A stretch of 64,000 bases of DNA from Marivita sp. (GCA_043585105.1 CP121325.1:2893299-2957298), one strand, 5' to 3'. Positions 27,543-37,019 are shown, numbered from the stretch's first letter. Made by a program: numbers and translations. Notes: generated by a model from the sequence alone, not told the origin.

Positions 27543-29116
27543 ACGACAGCTTTGATGTCGTGATCAATGGCGGCGGACCTGTTGGCCTGGGCCTCGCTAT
27601 CGAACTGGGTCAGCGCGGCATCCGGGTTTGCGTTGTTGAACGCTATCCAGAACCGCAGCCGATCCCGAAGGGGCAGAACCTCACGCAACGGACCTCTGAA
27701 CACTTCCGGGCCTGGGGCTGTGAAGACGAATTGCACAGCGCTCATCCGATCCCCAAGGGTGGCGGCATCGGGGGAATGACTGCTTATGGCACGCTGCTGT
27801 CCGATCACACCTATGACTGGCTCAACCGGTCAAACGTGAAAGACTATTACTTCGCGCCGAACGCCCGTTTGCCGCAATACGCGACGGAGCGCGTGTTACG
27901 GTCGCGAGCCGCGGAGATTCCAGAAATCACTGTTCTGTACGGATGGTACGGAGAATCATTGGAAATGACCGACACCGCTGTGCGGCTGACCATCGCAGAG
28001 CGCAATGGCAACGGGCGGCAGGTCATCGAGGCCGACTATGTGGTGGGCTGCGATGGCAGCCGGTCTTTCATCCGCGAACACGCCGGGATCAGCGAAACCC
28101 TGTCCGACCACAACCGCATGATGGCGCTTCTGGTCTTCCGGTCCGAGGAACTGCACGACCTGCTGACGCGCTACCCGGGTAAGGCGTTCTACAACGTGCT
28201 GCACCCCGACTACGAAGGCTACTGGTTGTTCTTCGGCCGGGTCGATCATGGGCTGTCGTGGTTCTTCCACGCTCCTGTGCCCTACGGCACAACGGCCGAG
28301 AATTTCGATTTCCGTAGCCTTTTGCACAAGGCCGTGGGACAGGAATTCGCGCTGGAGTTCGACCATATCGGCCATTGGGACTTACGCGTGTCATTGGCCG
28401 ACAGTTACCGTGCAGGGCGCGCGTTCATCGCAGGGGACGCGGCGCACAGTCACCCGCCCTATGGCGGCTATGGCATTAACACCGGCTTTGAGGACGCACG
28501 CAATCTGGGTTGGAAGCTGGCAGCAAAAATTAACGGCTGGGGCAGCGACGCACTGCTCGACAGCTACAGCGCGGAACGCCAACCCGTCTTTGCTTCAACC
28601 GCGCGAGATTTCATCGAGAATTTCATCCGCGAGGATCGCGAATTCCTCAACAATCATAGCCCAACCAAGGACTTGCCCGCGTTCGAGGCGGCTTGGAAAG
28701 CCCGCGCCGAAGGCGGCTCTGGCGTCGAGGATTTCGAACCGAACTACGAAGGCTCGCCCATTGTGCCGGGCAGTCAAGGTACGCCCAGCGCGAAGGGTTC
28801 CCACAGCTTTGTCGCGCGCGCAGGCCACCATCTCCCCCCTGCCGGACCGAAAGGGCGCGATGTTGGCGGCGCAATGGGTCGGGATTTTACCTTGCTCTGC
28901 GCCGATCCAAACGCTGCGGGAGCATTTGCCCATGCCGCCGACACTTTGGGCGTCCCTCTGAAAGCACCGGCATGCACAGCAGATTGGTTTACCTCTTGGG
29001 AGCGGCGCATCGTGCTGGTCCGCCCAGACGGGTTTGTCGCCTGGTCGGGCGATAGCTGCACGTCGGAAACCGCAAACGACATCCTGAGCGCTGCAATCGC
29101 TCGGACCAAAGCGTAA
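27539..29116 (+). CDS. FAD-dependent aromatic monooxygenase (class A, PheA/TfdB-like)
   Basis: GGGPVG, VGCDGSRS, AGDAAHSHPPYGGYGINTG, LVRPDGFVAW. Confidence 0.9.
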   Translation: MNDSFDVVINGGGPVGLGLAIELGQRGIRVCVVERYPEPQPIPKGQNLTQRTSEHFRAWGCEDELHSAHPIPKGGGIGGMTAYGTLLSDHTYDWLNRSNVKDYYFAPNARLPQYATERVLRSRAAEIPEITVLYGWYGESLEMTDTAVRLTIAERNGNGRQVIEADYVVGCDGSRSFIREHAGISETLSDHNRMMALLVFRSEELHDLLTRYPGKAFYNVLHPDYEGYWLFFGRVDHGLSWFFHAPVPYGTTAENFDFRSLLHKAVGQEFALEFDHIGHWDLRVSLADSYRAGRAFIAGDAAHSHPPYGGYGINTGFEDARNLGWKLAAKINGWGSDALLDSYSAERQPVFASTARDFIENFIREDREFLNNHSPTKDLPAFEAAWKARAEGGSGVEDFEPNYEGSPIVPGSQGTPSAKGSHSFVARAGHHLPPAGPKGRDVGGAMGRDFTLLCADPNAAGAFAHAADTLGVPLKAPACTADWFTSWERRIVLVRPDGFVAWSGDSCTSETANDILSAAIARTKA

Positions 29117-29119
29117 CGG

Positions 29120-29899
29120 ATGTCAGGTAGACGGCATATTGTCCTTACCGGTGGTGCATCCGGCATCGGAGCGGCGGCTTTGGCCTTGTTCAAAGCAGAA
29201 GGCGACCGGGTGACCGTCATTGACCGCACCCATCCGGGAAGTGCTGCAGACCATTGGAGCGCTGCCGATCTGTCGAACTTGGCCGCGATTCCGTCTCTGG
29301 ACCTGATCAAGCGAATTGATGTTCTCGTCAATGCCGCTGGTTTACCGCCTCGGCCAGGGTTTGAGGCGATGATCCTTCGGGTTAACACTCAAGCCTTGAT
29401 TGCACTATCGGAACACTTGCTTCCCCACATCACACCCGGTGGATCGATCGTCAACATGGCCTCGAAAGCGGGTGGCAAATGGCGCGAGAACCTTGCGCAG
29501 GTGCAGCGTTTGCTTGCCTTAGGGCTGTCGGATGATCTGGACGCCTTTGTGCGCGAAGAAGCAATCGATCCCGTGCGCGCCTACGATCTGTCAAAAGAGG
29601 CCGTGATCGTCTGGGGTATGTCCAATATTCAGCGGTTCCGCGATTTGGGCTTGCGGATCAATTCGGTTAGCCCCGCCGCTGTGGACACACCTATCCTTGA
29701 GGATTTCATGACCGCCTTCGGCGCTCGCGCCAGTCGCGGTATGGACCTGACCGGCCGCGCGGGTCAGCCAGAAGAAATTGCACAGGTGATCCGCTTTCTT
29801 GCTTCACCCGAAGCGTCCTGGGTCACTGGCTGCAATATTGAGTGCGATGGCGGCCTGACATCGCAACTCGAATACGCCGAACTGACTGCTGCGCTTTAA
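29120..29899 (+). CDS. SDR oxidoreductase (coniferyl-alcohol/3-alpha-HSD-like)
   Basis: TGGASGIG, NAAGLPP, YDLSKE, NSVSPAAVDTPIL, DGG. Confidence 0.8.
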   Translation: MSGRRHIVLTGGASGIGAAALALFKAEGDRVTVIDRTHPGSAADHWSAADLSNLAAIPSLDLIKRIDVLVNAAGLPPRPGFEAMILRVNTQALIALSEHLLPHITPGGSIVNMASKAGGKWRENLAQVQRLLALGLSDDLDAFVREEAIDPVRAYDLSKEAVIVWGMSNIQRFRDLGLRINSVSPAAVDTPILEDFMTAFGARASRGMDLTGRAGQPEEIAQVIRFLASPEASWVTGCNIECDGGLTSQLEYAELTAAL

Positions 29900-31410
29900 C
29901 CTGCGAAGACCCCCCCAAAGGTCTCTCGCAATTGGTTCTTTTGGACCTTGCCCATTGCGTTACGCGGCAAGGCATCGATAATTTCGATAACCCGAGGGCG
30001 TTTGAACCCGGCAAGGTTCGCGCGCACCGCCGCGTTGATGGCGTCGAGGTCGATCGCGGCATCGCCATCGGGGACCAACACCGCCACCACGCTTTCACCA
30101 AAGTCGGGATGAGGCGCGCCGATGACAGCGGACTCGCGGACACCGGGCAGAGTGTCGAGGAACAGTTCAATCTCCTTGGGGTAAATGTTGTAGCCGCCCG
30201 AGATGATCAAATCCTTGCCTCGCCCAACGATCTGAATGTAGCCGTCCGCGTCGATCAGCGCTAAATCACCAGTGATAAAGAACCCGTCCTCGCGCAGTTC
30301 TTCTCGGGTTTTTTCGGGCATGTTCCAATAGCCCCTAAAGACGTTCGGGCCGCGCACTTCGAGAACTCCGATCTCGCCCTGTGGCAGCGTGGCTCCGGTT
30401 TCGGGATCGCAGATTTTGATCTCGACACCCGGCAGGGCAAAACCGACCGTTCCCGCGCGGCGTTCGCCGTCATACGGGTTCGAGGTGTTCATATTGGTTT
30501 CCGTCATTCCATAGCGTTCAAGGATGCGGTGTCCGGTGCGCTGTTCGAACTGCACATGGGTTTCTGCCAGCAGCGGCGCAGAGCCAGAAATGAAAAGCCG
30601 CATTTCTGACGCCAGATCGGTAGTGAAGCGGGCATCATCCAAAAGTCGGGTGTAGAAGGTCGGAACGCCCATCATGGTTGTAGCCTTGGGCATCAAACGC
30701 AAAATGGTGTCGAGATCGAATTTCGGCAGAAAGATCATCGACCCACCAGCGAGAAGCAGCGTGTTGGTCGCAACGAACAGCCCGTGAGTGTGGAAGATCG
30801 GCAAAGCGTGCAGCAGAACATCGCTGTCTGTGAATTGCCAAGCCTCAACCAGTGCCTCAGCGCCTGACAGCAGATTCGCCTGCGTTAGCATCGCGCCCTT
30901 AGAACGGCCCGTGGTACCAGACGTATAAAGTAGTGCGGCCAGATCACTTGCCCCGCGCGTGGCAATATCGGATTGCGGCGACTGCGTGCACACTAGGTCC
31001 ATGAAACTGCCTTCGCCCTTGGCTCCAAGACTGTGCAAGCTGGCACCGGTTGCCTCGGCGATGGGAGTGACCGCTTCAACCTCGGCAGGATCACAGAGGA
31101 ACAGCTTGGCACCGCTATCTTCGACAAAATAGGACAGCTCGGCGGGCGTGTAGGCGGTATTGAGTGGTAGGAAAACCGCGCCTGATTTCACGCAGGCGGC
31201 ATAAAGCACGAGAGCTTCGGGGGATTTATGGATATGAACCGCCACTCGGTCGCCCGGCGTGACACCCAAATATCCAAGGGCATTTGCCATTTGGCTGACC
31301 TGCTCAAGGAATACGGAGTGCGTGATCACGCTGCCATCGGCCAAGTGCAGAAACGGAGTTGCCTTGCCCTCGTGGGGTGCAAAAAGCGCGTCATAAAGCG
31401 GATTGGCCAC
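29896..31410 (-). CDS. matB: Malonate--CoA ligase
   Basis: GTG start with GGAGG RBS; YTSGTTGRSKGAML, HALPIFHTHGLF, GVPTFYTRLL, LERYGMTET, LPRNAMGKVQK. Confidence 0.85.
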   Translation of the reverse strand: MANPLYDALFAPHEGKATPFLHLADGSVITHSVFLEQVSQMANALGYLGVTPGDRVAVHIHKSPEALVLYAACVKSGAVFLPLNTAYTPAELSYFVEDSGAKLFLCDPAEVEAVTPIAEATGASLHSLGAKGEGSFMDLVCTQSPQSDIATRGASDLAALLYTSGTTGRSKGAMLTQANLLSGAEALVEAWQFTDSDVLLHALPIFHTHGLFVATNTLLLAGGSMIFLPKFDLDTILRLMPKATTMMGVPTFYTRLLDDARFTTDLASEMRLFISGSAPLLAETHVQFEQRTGHRILERYGMTETNMNTSNPYDGERRAGTVGFALPGVEIKICDPETGATLPQGEIGVLEVRGPNVFRGYWNMPEKTREELREDGFFITGDLALIDADGYIQIVGRGKDLIISGGYNIYPKEIELFLDTLPGVRESAVIGAPHPDFGESVVAVLVPDGDAAIDLDAINAAVRANLAGFKRPRVIEIIDALPRNAMGKVQKNQLRETFGGVFAG

Positions 31411-31522
31411 GGGACGGATCCTCCTTTGATTATCACCGCCGCAGCAAGGCAACGCGCCAGGCGGTTTGCCAGACGCGTCTAGGGGACCATTGTGGGAAAA
31501 TCAATCTGGCGCTGTCGATAGA

Positions 31523-32032
31523 TCACGCCATGCGGGCTTGCGTTTGACTGAGCCACATAAGCCCCGTCAGAAGCAGCATTGCGGACAGGCCGCAAGCGAC
31601 GGTCCGAACCGAGTTCCAGAAAGTCCATCGCGGCAGGTACGTGCCCGTCCAATAGCTGTGTGTGGTATCCGCTGCGAGGTCCATTCCCGCCAGGGCTTCG
31701 TTCATCGGGACGTTGAAAAGCACAGTAACGCCAAAACAGCCGAAGAGGTAAACCAGACCGGAAAGCAGGATCAGCGTGCCTGCAGGGCCATACAGGAAAA
31801 TGGCTGCATAGCCGGAGATGACCAACGACACTGCCGCCAAACCCAGAAAGAGCGCCATAAAGACCCAGCGGAACACTTCGCGGTTGATGACCTGCATCGC
31901 CTCGACCCCACCAATGCCGCCGGTCAGGGACAGCGAACGCATTATGAAGTCGGAAAAGGCAAGGAACACTCCGCCAACCAGCGCATAGGCGAGGATGGCG
32001 AATTGCATGAGAAAAAAGAGAATTGGTGGCAT
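31523..32032 (-). CDS. DUF1772 / anthrone oxygenase-like membrane protein
   Basis: GGVFLAFSDFIM, AMQVINREV, NVPMNEAL, W..Y..RWTFWNSVRT. Confidence 0.85.
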   Translation of the reverse strand: MPPILFFLMQFAILAYALVGGVFLAFSDFIMRSLSLTGGIGGVEAMQVINREVFRWVFMALFLGLAAVSLVISGYAAIFLYGPAGTLILLSGLVYLFGCFGVTVLFNVPMNEALAGMDLAADTTHSYWTGTYLPRWTFWNSVRTVACGLSAMLLLTGLMWLSQTQARMA

Positions 32033-32094
32033 GAGAGTTCTTTCTGTTCAAGAGGATGGCAGCGGGGAGGATCACCCTTCCCGCCAATTGGAAA

Positions 32095-32508
32095 TCAACT
32101 CACAGCCATGCGGGCCGGAGTGGTGGTGCGTCGTCGAAAGGCAAAGAGGCAAAGCGCGGCGATGGCTAGTTCAAGCCCCAGTGCCGATAAGATGCCCGTC
32201 GACGGCACTCCGTCCGCGACAAGGCTCACAAGACGGCCCGCCGGAAAGGCCAGAAACACCATGTGTGCTGAGACGATTGCAGTCTGGCGCAGCGGCTGCC
32301 AGATGATCCCGGCCAGCATCACAGCGCCGAAGCCTGTCAGCCCGGCCCCAAAGGCGCGCACTTCACTAAGAAGGCTTGGGTCGGTACCGATGGCAATGTC
32401 GTAGCTGGCATAGAACACATTCGGTGCGCCCACGATGGTGGCACCGATGCCCAGTGAAGTTGCCCCAGCCACGGCTAGCGCGATCTTTTGAAGTCGAGTG
32501 AAAGACAT
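32095..32508 (-). CDS. DUF4345-like membrane protein
   Basis: Start MSFTRL; LLSEVRAFG, GRLVSLVADGVP, ELA. Confidence 0.7.
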   Translation of the reverse strand: MSFTRLQKIALAVAGATSLGIGATIVGAPNVFYASYDIAIGTDPSLLSEVRAFGAGLTGFGAVMLAGIIWQPLRQTAIVSAHMVFLAFPAGRLVSLVADGVPSTGILSALGLELAIAALCLFAFRRRTTTPARMAVS

Positions 32509-32533
32509 AGAATATTCCTTTTGATTCAGGCCG

Positions 32534-32797
32534 TCAGGCCGCTTGGGTCCATGCGCCAGATTGGGCGGCAGTTTGTGCGAATGCGGAAAAGCCGCGTGGC
32601 GGACGGCCCAGTGCGTGCTGCACGCCTTCAATCAACTGCGCATTGCGCACGCCCAGCGTGTCACGCGCGATGGCGGCAAACAGGTCGCCCACGAAATCAC
32701 TTCCGGCTTGCGTCACGCTGGCGTGTAAATCCTCGGTTGCGACGCGGGCACTGGTTTTGCCAGTGGGGCCAATGACGAGAATGGGCTGGTTTTGCAT
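32534..32797 (-). pseudogene. NmrA-family NAD(P)-binding gene with a large in-frame internal deletion
   Basis: GGAG RBS; ILVIGPTGKTSARVA (Rossmann start) fused directly to the C-terminal DTLGVRNAQLIEGVQHALGRPPRGFSAFA...SGAW; only 87 aa. Confidence 0.7.
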
Positions 32798-32913
32798 GGG
32801 TCAATCTCCTTGGTGTGGTACGATGACCAAGGGATAACGCGACAGGCAGCGTGCGATCTTGACCGACGTTGCCAGGGTTTTGACACTTGCGGCCAAACGG
32901 CAGACCTGTCCGA

Positions 32914-33918
32914 TCAGGGCGTCAGACGATCCTTGCGGTAACTGGCGGGGGTTTTACCGACCCAGCGTTTGAACGCGCGGGTGAAAGAGCTTTGTTCGGC
33001 AAATCCCGTGAGGAAAGCAATCTCGGCCAGCGAATGATGTTGGTCACGCAACAGACCTTCGGCCAGTTCGCGGCGGGTGTCTTCGGCCAATGTCTGAAAG
33101 CTAAGCCCGTGTTCCGAAAGGCGGCGGTGAAACGATCGAGCGCTGTAGCCAAGGCAGCGGGCGATGTCGGCCATCTTGGGTGTGCCTTCACTCAGCGCTT
33201 GGGCAATGGCGTCTTTGGCTTCGACCAGAAGCGGGGGTTCAGTCGCTACTTGTGACAACTCCCGGTCAAGGTGCGAGACCAGATATCGGGATATGCCCTC
33301 GTCCCCAAGGATATTCGGTTGATCGAGCGCGGCGGGTGAGAACAACAACGCATCTAGATCGGCACCAAAGCGGACGGGACAGCCAAAGTAGGTTTCGTGA
33401 TAGGCGGTATTGGCGGGGGCCGCATGTTTGATCCATACCGCCAAGGGCGCAAAGGGCACCGGGCAGACCTGCCGGGAAAGCGACACAGCACTGGCGAGCG
33501 TTGCTTCGTTGGACAGACGCATCCCCAACCGGCGCGGCCCCTCTCGGTGTAGGATGAACAGCACACCGCGCGGATCGTCGCGCAGTTTATACTCCACCAC
33601 GCTGGTCCAAAGCCTGGCATAGCGTTCGACCCGCGACAACGAGCCGTACAATGTCGGCGCCGCCTTCCATGCCAGCCCCAGCGCGCCGTACTCATCGCAG
33701 TGCATAGAGGCGCCGACCTTAATCGGTAATTCAGTCGCGTCGATCTGCGCGGCGATGGTCTCGATAAGGTCGTAGTAGCGCGTGTCGGGGACCATGACTT
33801 TCGGATCCCACGGTTCATTGGATACCAACGCTGCCAGTGACAGCAAAGCCGTTGCGTCTACTCTTGGACCGGCGGCGGCGACCATCTTGCGGACGAAGAG
33901 TGACGTGACATAGCCCAT
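32914..33918 (-). CDS. AraC family regulator with arabinose-binding-like N-domain
   Basis: YGALGLAW, YFGCPVRFG, SARSFHRRL, EIAFLTGFAEQSSFTRAFKRW. Confidence 0.92.
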   Translation of the reverse strand: MGYVTSLFVRKMVAAAGPRVDATALLSLAALVSNEPWDPKVMVPDTRYYDLIETIAAQIDATELPIKVGASMHCDEYGALGLAWKAAPTLYGSLSRVERYARLWTSVVEYKLRDDPRGVLFILHREGPRRLGMRLSNEATLASAVSLSRQVCPVPFAPLAVWIKHAAPANTAYHETYFGCPVRFGADLDALLFSPAALDQPNILGDEGISRYLVSHLDRELSQVATEPPLLVEAKDAIAQALSEGTPKMADIARCLGYSARSFHRRLSEHGLSFQTLAEDTRRELAEGLLRDQHHSLAEIAFLTGFAEQSSFTRAFKRWVGKTPASYRKDRLTP

Positions 33919-34053
33919 GACACACAGCCTACCGGGCGCACGTCCTCACGCCAAGCACAGAGCGCGCCGTAAACAAGTCGCGGTCTCCGTCGCGCAAACA
34001 AGCAGCGATTTTTCTTGCCTGAGGATCGAAGCAGATCGTAACGTGAGACTAAG

Positions 34054-34068
34054 TCTCTAATTGTGAGA
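34054..34068. promoter_or_regulatory. Imperfect 15-bp palindrome, candidate IclR autoregulatory operator
   Basis: TCTCTAATTGTGAGA, 10 bp upstream of the IclR ATG; overlaps the GAGACTAAGTCTC palindrome. Confidence 0.45.
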
Positions 34069-34078
34069 TTCTTGTCCG

Positions 34079-34837
34079 ATGCTACTCGACCGCCTCATTA
34101 CGATCATGGAACTCGTCGCCGTAGCCGGGCGACCTGTTTCGGCGGCAGATATCCAAAAGGCCACCGGACTTCCAAAGCCCACGTGCTACCGACTGGTGCA
34201 AACCTTGCTGGATCAAGGAATGATCGACAGCCCGGCTGACGATGGCCGCGTTGTGATCGGCGAAAGGTTGATCCGTATAGCTCTGCTGGGAAAATCCGAC
34301 GTGGATGTGCGCAAGGCATCAGCCCCCCTGCTTAAAGCGGCTGCGGTGCAGTACAATGAAACCGTTTTCCTGTCGCGTTTCAGAAATGAACAGGTCGAGA
34401 TCATCCATGTCGAAACCCCGGACGATCCGGCACGCGCCTTTATCCACCCCGGTCTAGGCGTACGACCGATGCACGCCTGTTCCTGCTCCAAGGCCATCGC
34501 CGCCTTTGCCGAACCCGCCTTTCAGGACAGCATTATCACCCGAACACTGCGTGCCTATACCGAGTTCACCAAGACCACCGAAGCGGACCTGCGCCTTGAA
34601 TTCAACGAGATCGTGAAACGCGGTTTTGCCGATTGCGATCAGGAAATCGACATCGGCATCGCCAGCGTTGCTGCACCTGTGTCCATCGGAAATATCGGGG
34701 CAACATTCAGCGTTGGCGCCGTTGGGCCGATCCGGAGGTTCGGCACCACGTATCGCGCGGAGATTGGTCAAAAACTCATAGAATTGGCAGACCGTGTAAG
34801 TGGAGCCATTCAACTGTGCAATGTGGCCGAGGTTTGA
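34079..34837 (+). CDS. IclR family regulator
   Basis: GLPKPTCYRLVQTL, RPMHACSCSKAI, GIASVAAPV. Confidence 0.9.
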   Translation: MLLDRLITIMELVAVAGRPVSAADIQKATGLPKPTCYRLVQTLLDQGMIDSPADDGRVVIGERLIRIALLGKSDVDVRKASAPLLKAAAVQYNETVFLSRFRNEQVEIIHVETPDDPARAFIHPGLGVRPMHACSCSKAIAAFAEPAFQDSIITRTLRAYTEFTKTTEADLRLEFNEIVKRGFADCDQEIDIGIASVAAPVSIGNIGATFSVGAVGPIRRFGTTYRAEIGQKLIELADRVSGAIQLCNVAEV

Positions 34838-34919
34838 GGAGGCCTCGATCACCGCAACGACAAGAAAGGACTTTTTCAAAACCGACCCCACAAGGGTCAA
34901 AATATAAAGGGAGGACCAC

Positions 34920-36320
34920 ATGAACTTAAGACCAGATCCAACGTTTCACGCCACGGCCCAACTTGCCATGCAAGCGCCTGTGGAGACCTATGGCTTTACC
35001 GTCATGCTCAGCCCGGATGGGTCGCAACCCGACGGCATCGCAGTTGTCGATCTTGATCCAAAATCCGACACCTATGGCACAATCGTTCACACCGTGATGA
35101 TGCCCTACAAGGGGGACGAGTTTCACCACTTCGGCTGGAATGCATGCTCGTCGTCCCTTTCCCCGCTGACAGGTCACGCGTTTCTTGAACGCCGCTACTT
35201 GATTGTTCCCGGCATCAGGTCGTCCCGCATTTACGTAATCGATGTGAAAGAGCCGCTGAACGCCAAGATTCACAAGATCATCGAACCCGAAGAAGTTTTT
35301 GCCAAAACCGGCTATTCTCGCCCGCACACCATCCATTGCGGCCCCGAAGGTATCTATGTCTCGACGCTTGGTGGCGGTGGCAAAGACGGCACCGACGGCC
35401 CTCCGGGCATCTTCATCATGGATTGCGAAACCTTTGAGATTATCGGCCAGTACGAGATGGATCGTGGCCCGCAGGACAAGCACTATGATTTCTGGTGGAA
35501 TCTGCCGCAGGATTACATGGTCAGCTCTGAATGGGGCCTGCCGCCGCAATTCGAAAACGGCATTGTGGCCGAGGACCTGTTGTCGAACAAATACGGACAT
35601 TCCATCCATTTCTGGGATCTGCGCAAGCGTAAGAACATCCAGACCATTGATCTTGGAGCCAATCACCAGATGGCGCTGGAAATCCGACCTGCCCATGACC
35701 CTAAGAAGTCCTATGGGTTCTGCGGTGTCGTGGTAGACACCACCAACCTGCAAGGCGCAATCTTTACATGGTGGCGCGACGACGATGGCACATGGCAGGC
35801 CAAAAAGACGATCACCATTGATCCCCGTCCCGAAGACCCGGCCAACCTGCCGCCACTGTTGCAGGGCTTTGGCGCTGTGCCGCCTTTGGTAACGGACATC
35901 GATCTCAGCCTCGATGACAAATACCTCTATGTTGCTTGCTGGGGTATGGGAGAGATGCACCAATACGATGTGTCCGACCCGATGAACCCGGTGTTGGCTG
36001 GCAAGGTCGAACTGGGTGGGATCGCGCGAAACGCCAAACATCCGAGCGGTGGCGAGTTTGCCTTTGGCCCGCAGATGGTCGAAGTGAGCCGCGATGGTAA
36101 GCGGGTGTACTGGACCAACTCGCTCTATTCCACCTGGGACGATCAGTTCTACCCCGGTCAGGACGGTGGCCAGATGGTGATGGCGCGTGTCGGTGAAGGC
36201 GGTGGGCTGGAGCTGGATAAAGACTTCTATGTCCAGTTCCCCAAGGGCCTCAGGTCACACCAGATCCGGCTTGAAGGCGGCGATTGTTCGACCGACAGCT
36301 TCTGCTACCCGAACGTCTGA
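34920..36320 (+). CDS. Selenium-binding protein SBP56 / methanethiol oxidase superfamily, cytoplasmic type
   Basis: GDEFHHFGWNACSS, SSRIY, PHTIHC, YDFWW, SSEWG, LEIRPAH, TDIDLSLDD, GPQM, TNSLYSTWDDQFYP, GGDCSTD; no signal peptide. Confidence 0.9.
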   Translation: MNLRPDPTFHATAQLAMQAPVETYGFTVMLSPDGSQPDGIAVVDLDPKSDTYGTIVHTVMMPYKGDEFHHFGWNACSSSLSPLTGHAFLERRYLIVPGIRSSRIYVIDVKEPLNAKIHKIIEPEEVFAKTGYSRPHTIHCGPEGIYVSTLGGGGKDGTDGPPGIFIMDCETFEIIGQYEMDRGPQDKHYDFWWNLPQDYMVSSEWGLPPQFENGIVAEDLLSNKYGHSIHFWDLRKRKNIQTIDLGANHQMALEIRPAHDPKKSYGFCGVVVDTTNLQGAIFTWWRDDDGTWQAKKTITIDPRPEDPANLPPLLQGFGAVPPLVTDIDLSLDDKYLYVACWGMGEMHQYDVSDPMNPVLAGKVELGGIARNAKHPSGGEFAFGPQMVEVSRDGKRVYWTNSLYSTWDDQFYPGQDGGQMVMARVGEGGGLELDKDFYVQFPKGLRSHQIRLEGGDCSTDSFCYPNV

Positions 36321-36328
36321 ACGTCTGA

Positions 36329-37000
36329 ATGAGCTTTGATCCAAGCACAGTGACGGCCCTTTGGGGGGCCGTCATTCTGTCAGGCATCTATCACGGCATC
36401 AATCCCGGCATGGGGTGGCCCCTTGCGGTCTCCGCAGCCCTGATGGAGGGGCGCCCACGTGCCATGGGCCGCGCATTGGTTGCTCTGGCAGTCGGTCACT
36501 TCCTGGCGATGACTGCGATCCTCTTGCCCTTCTCAGTGATGAGCGCATTGGTGAATTGGGAGGCACAAATCCGCATCGGCGCCGGAGCGCTGGTGATCGC
36601 GATGGGTATTTATCTGCTGATCAATCGTCGACACCCCCGGTTTCTCGCCCGCGTGCACCCTGCCCGACTGGCACTGTGGTCGTTCCTGGCCGCAATGGCG
36701 CATGGCGCGGGTCTGATGTTGGTGCCGATCTACCTGGGCATCTGTGGAGTGGATGTCGGCGGGGATGGTCATGCAGCCGCGGGGCAGCTTATCGGCCAGA
36801 ACATTGGCACCGCATTCCTTGTGGCGTTGGTCCACACTGGGGCCATGACCTTTGCCGGAGCCATTGTTGCCGTGGTGATCTATCTTTGGCTGGGCATCAA
36901 ATTCCTGTCGCGCACATGGTTCAACCTAGACATCGTTTGGGCGCTGAGCCTTGTTGTGGTCGGTGCCTTTGGGATTGCGTCCGCAATCTATGGACACTGA
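36329..37000 (+). CDS. His-containing integral membrane protein paired with SBP56
   Basis: About 6 TM; YHGINPGMGW, GHFLAM, AHGAGLML, VHT motifs. Confidence 0.75.
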   Translation: MSFDPSTVTALWGAVILSGIYHGINPGMGWPLAVSAALMEGRPRAMGRALVALAVGHFLAMTAILLPFSVMSALVNWEAQIRIGAGALVIAMGIYLLINRRHPRFLARVHPARLALWSFLAAMAHGAGLMLVPIYLGICGVDVGGDGHAAAGQLIGQNIGTAFLVALVHTGAMTFAGAIVAVVIYLWLGIKFLSRTWFNLDIVWALSLVVVGAFGIASAIYGH

Positions 37001-37019
37001 GCACACAAGACCCGTCAAA

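Noticed and set aside
34920-36320. Calling this gene mtoX
   Set aside because: No signal peptide and no mauG/SCO1 neighbours; only superfamily membership is supported
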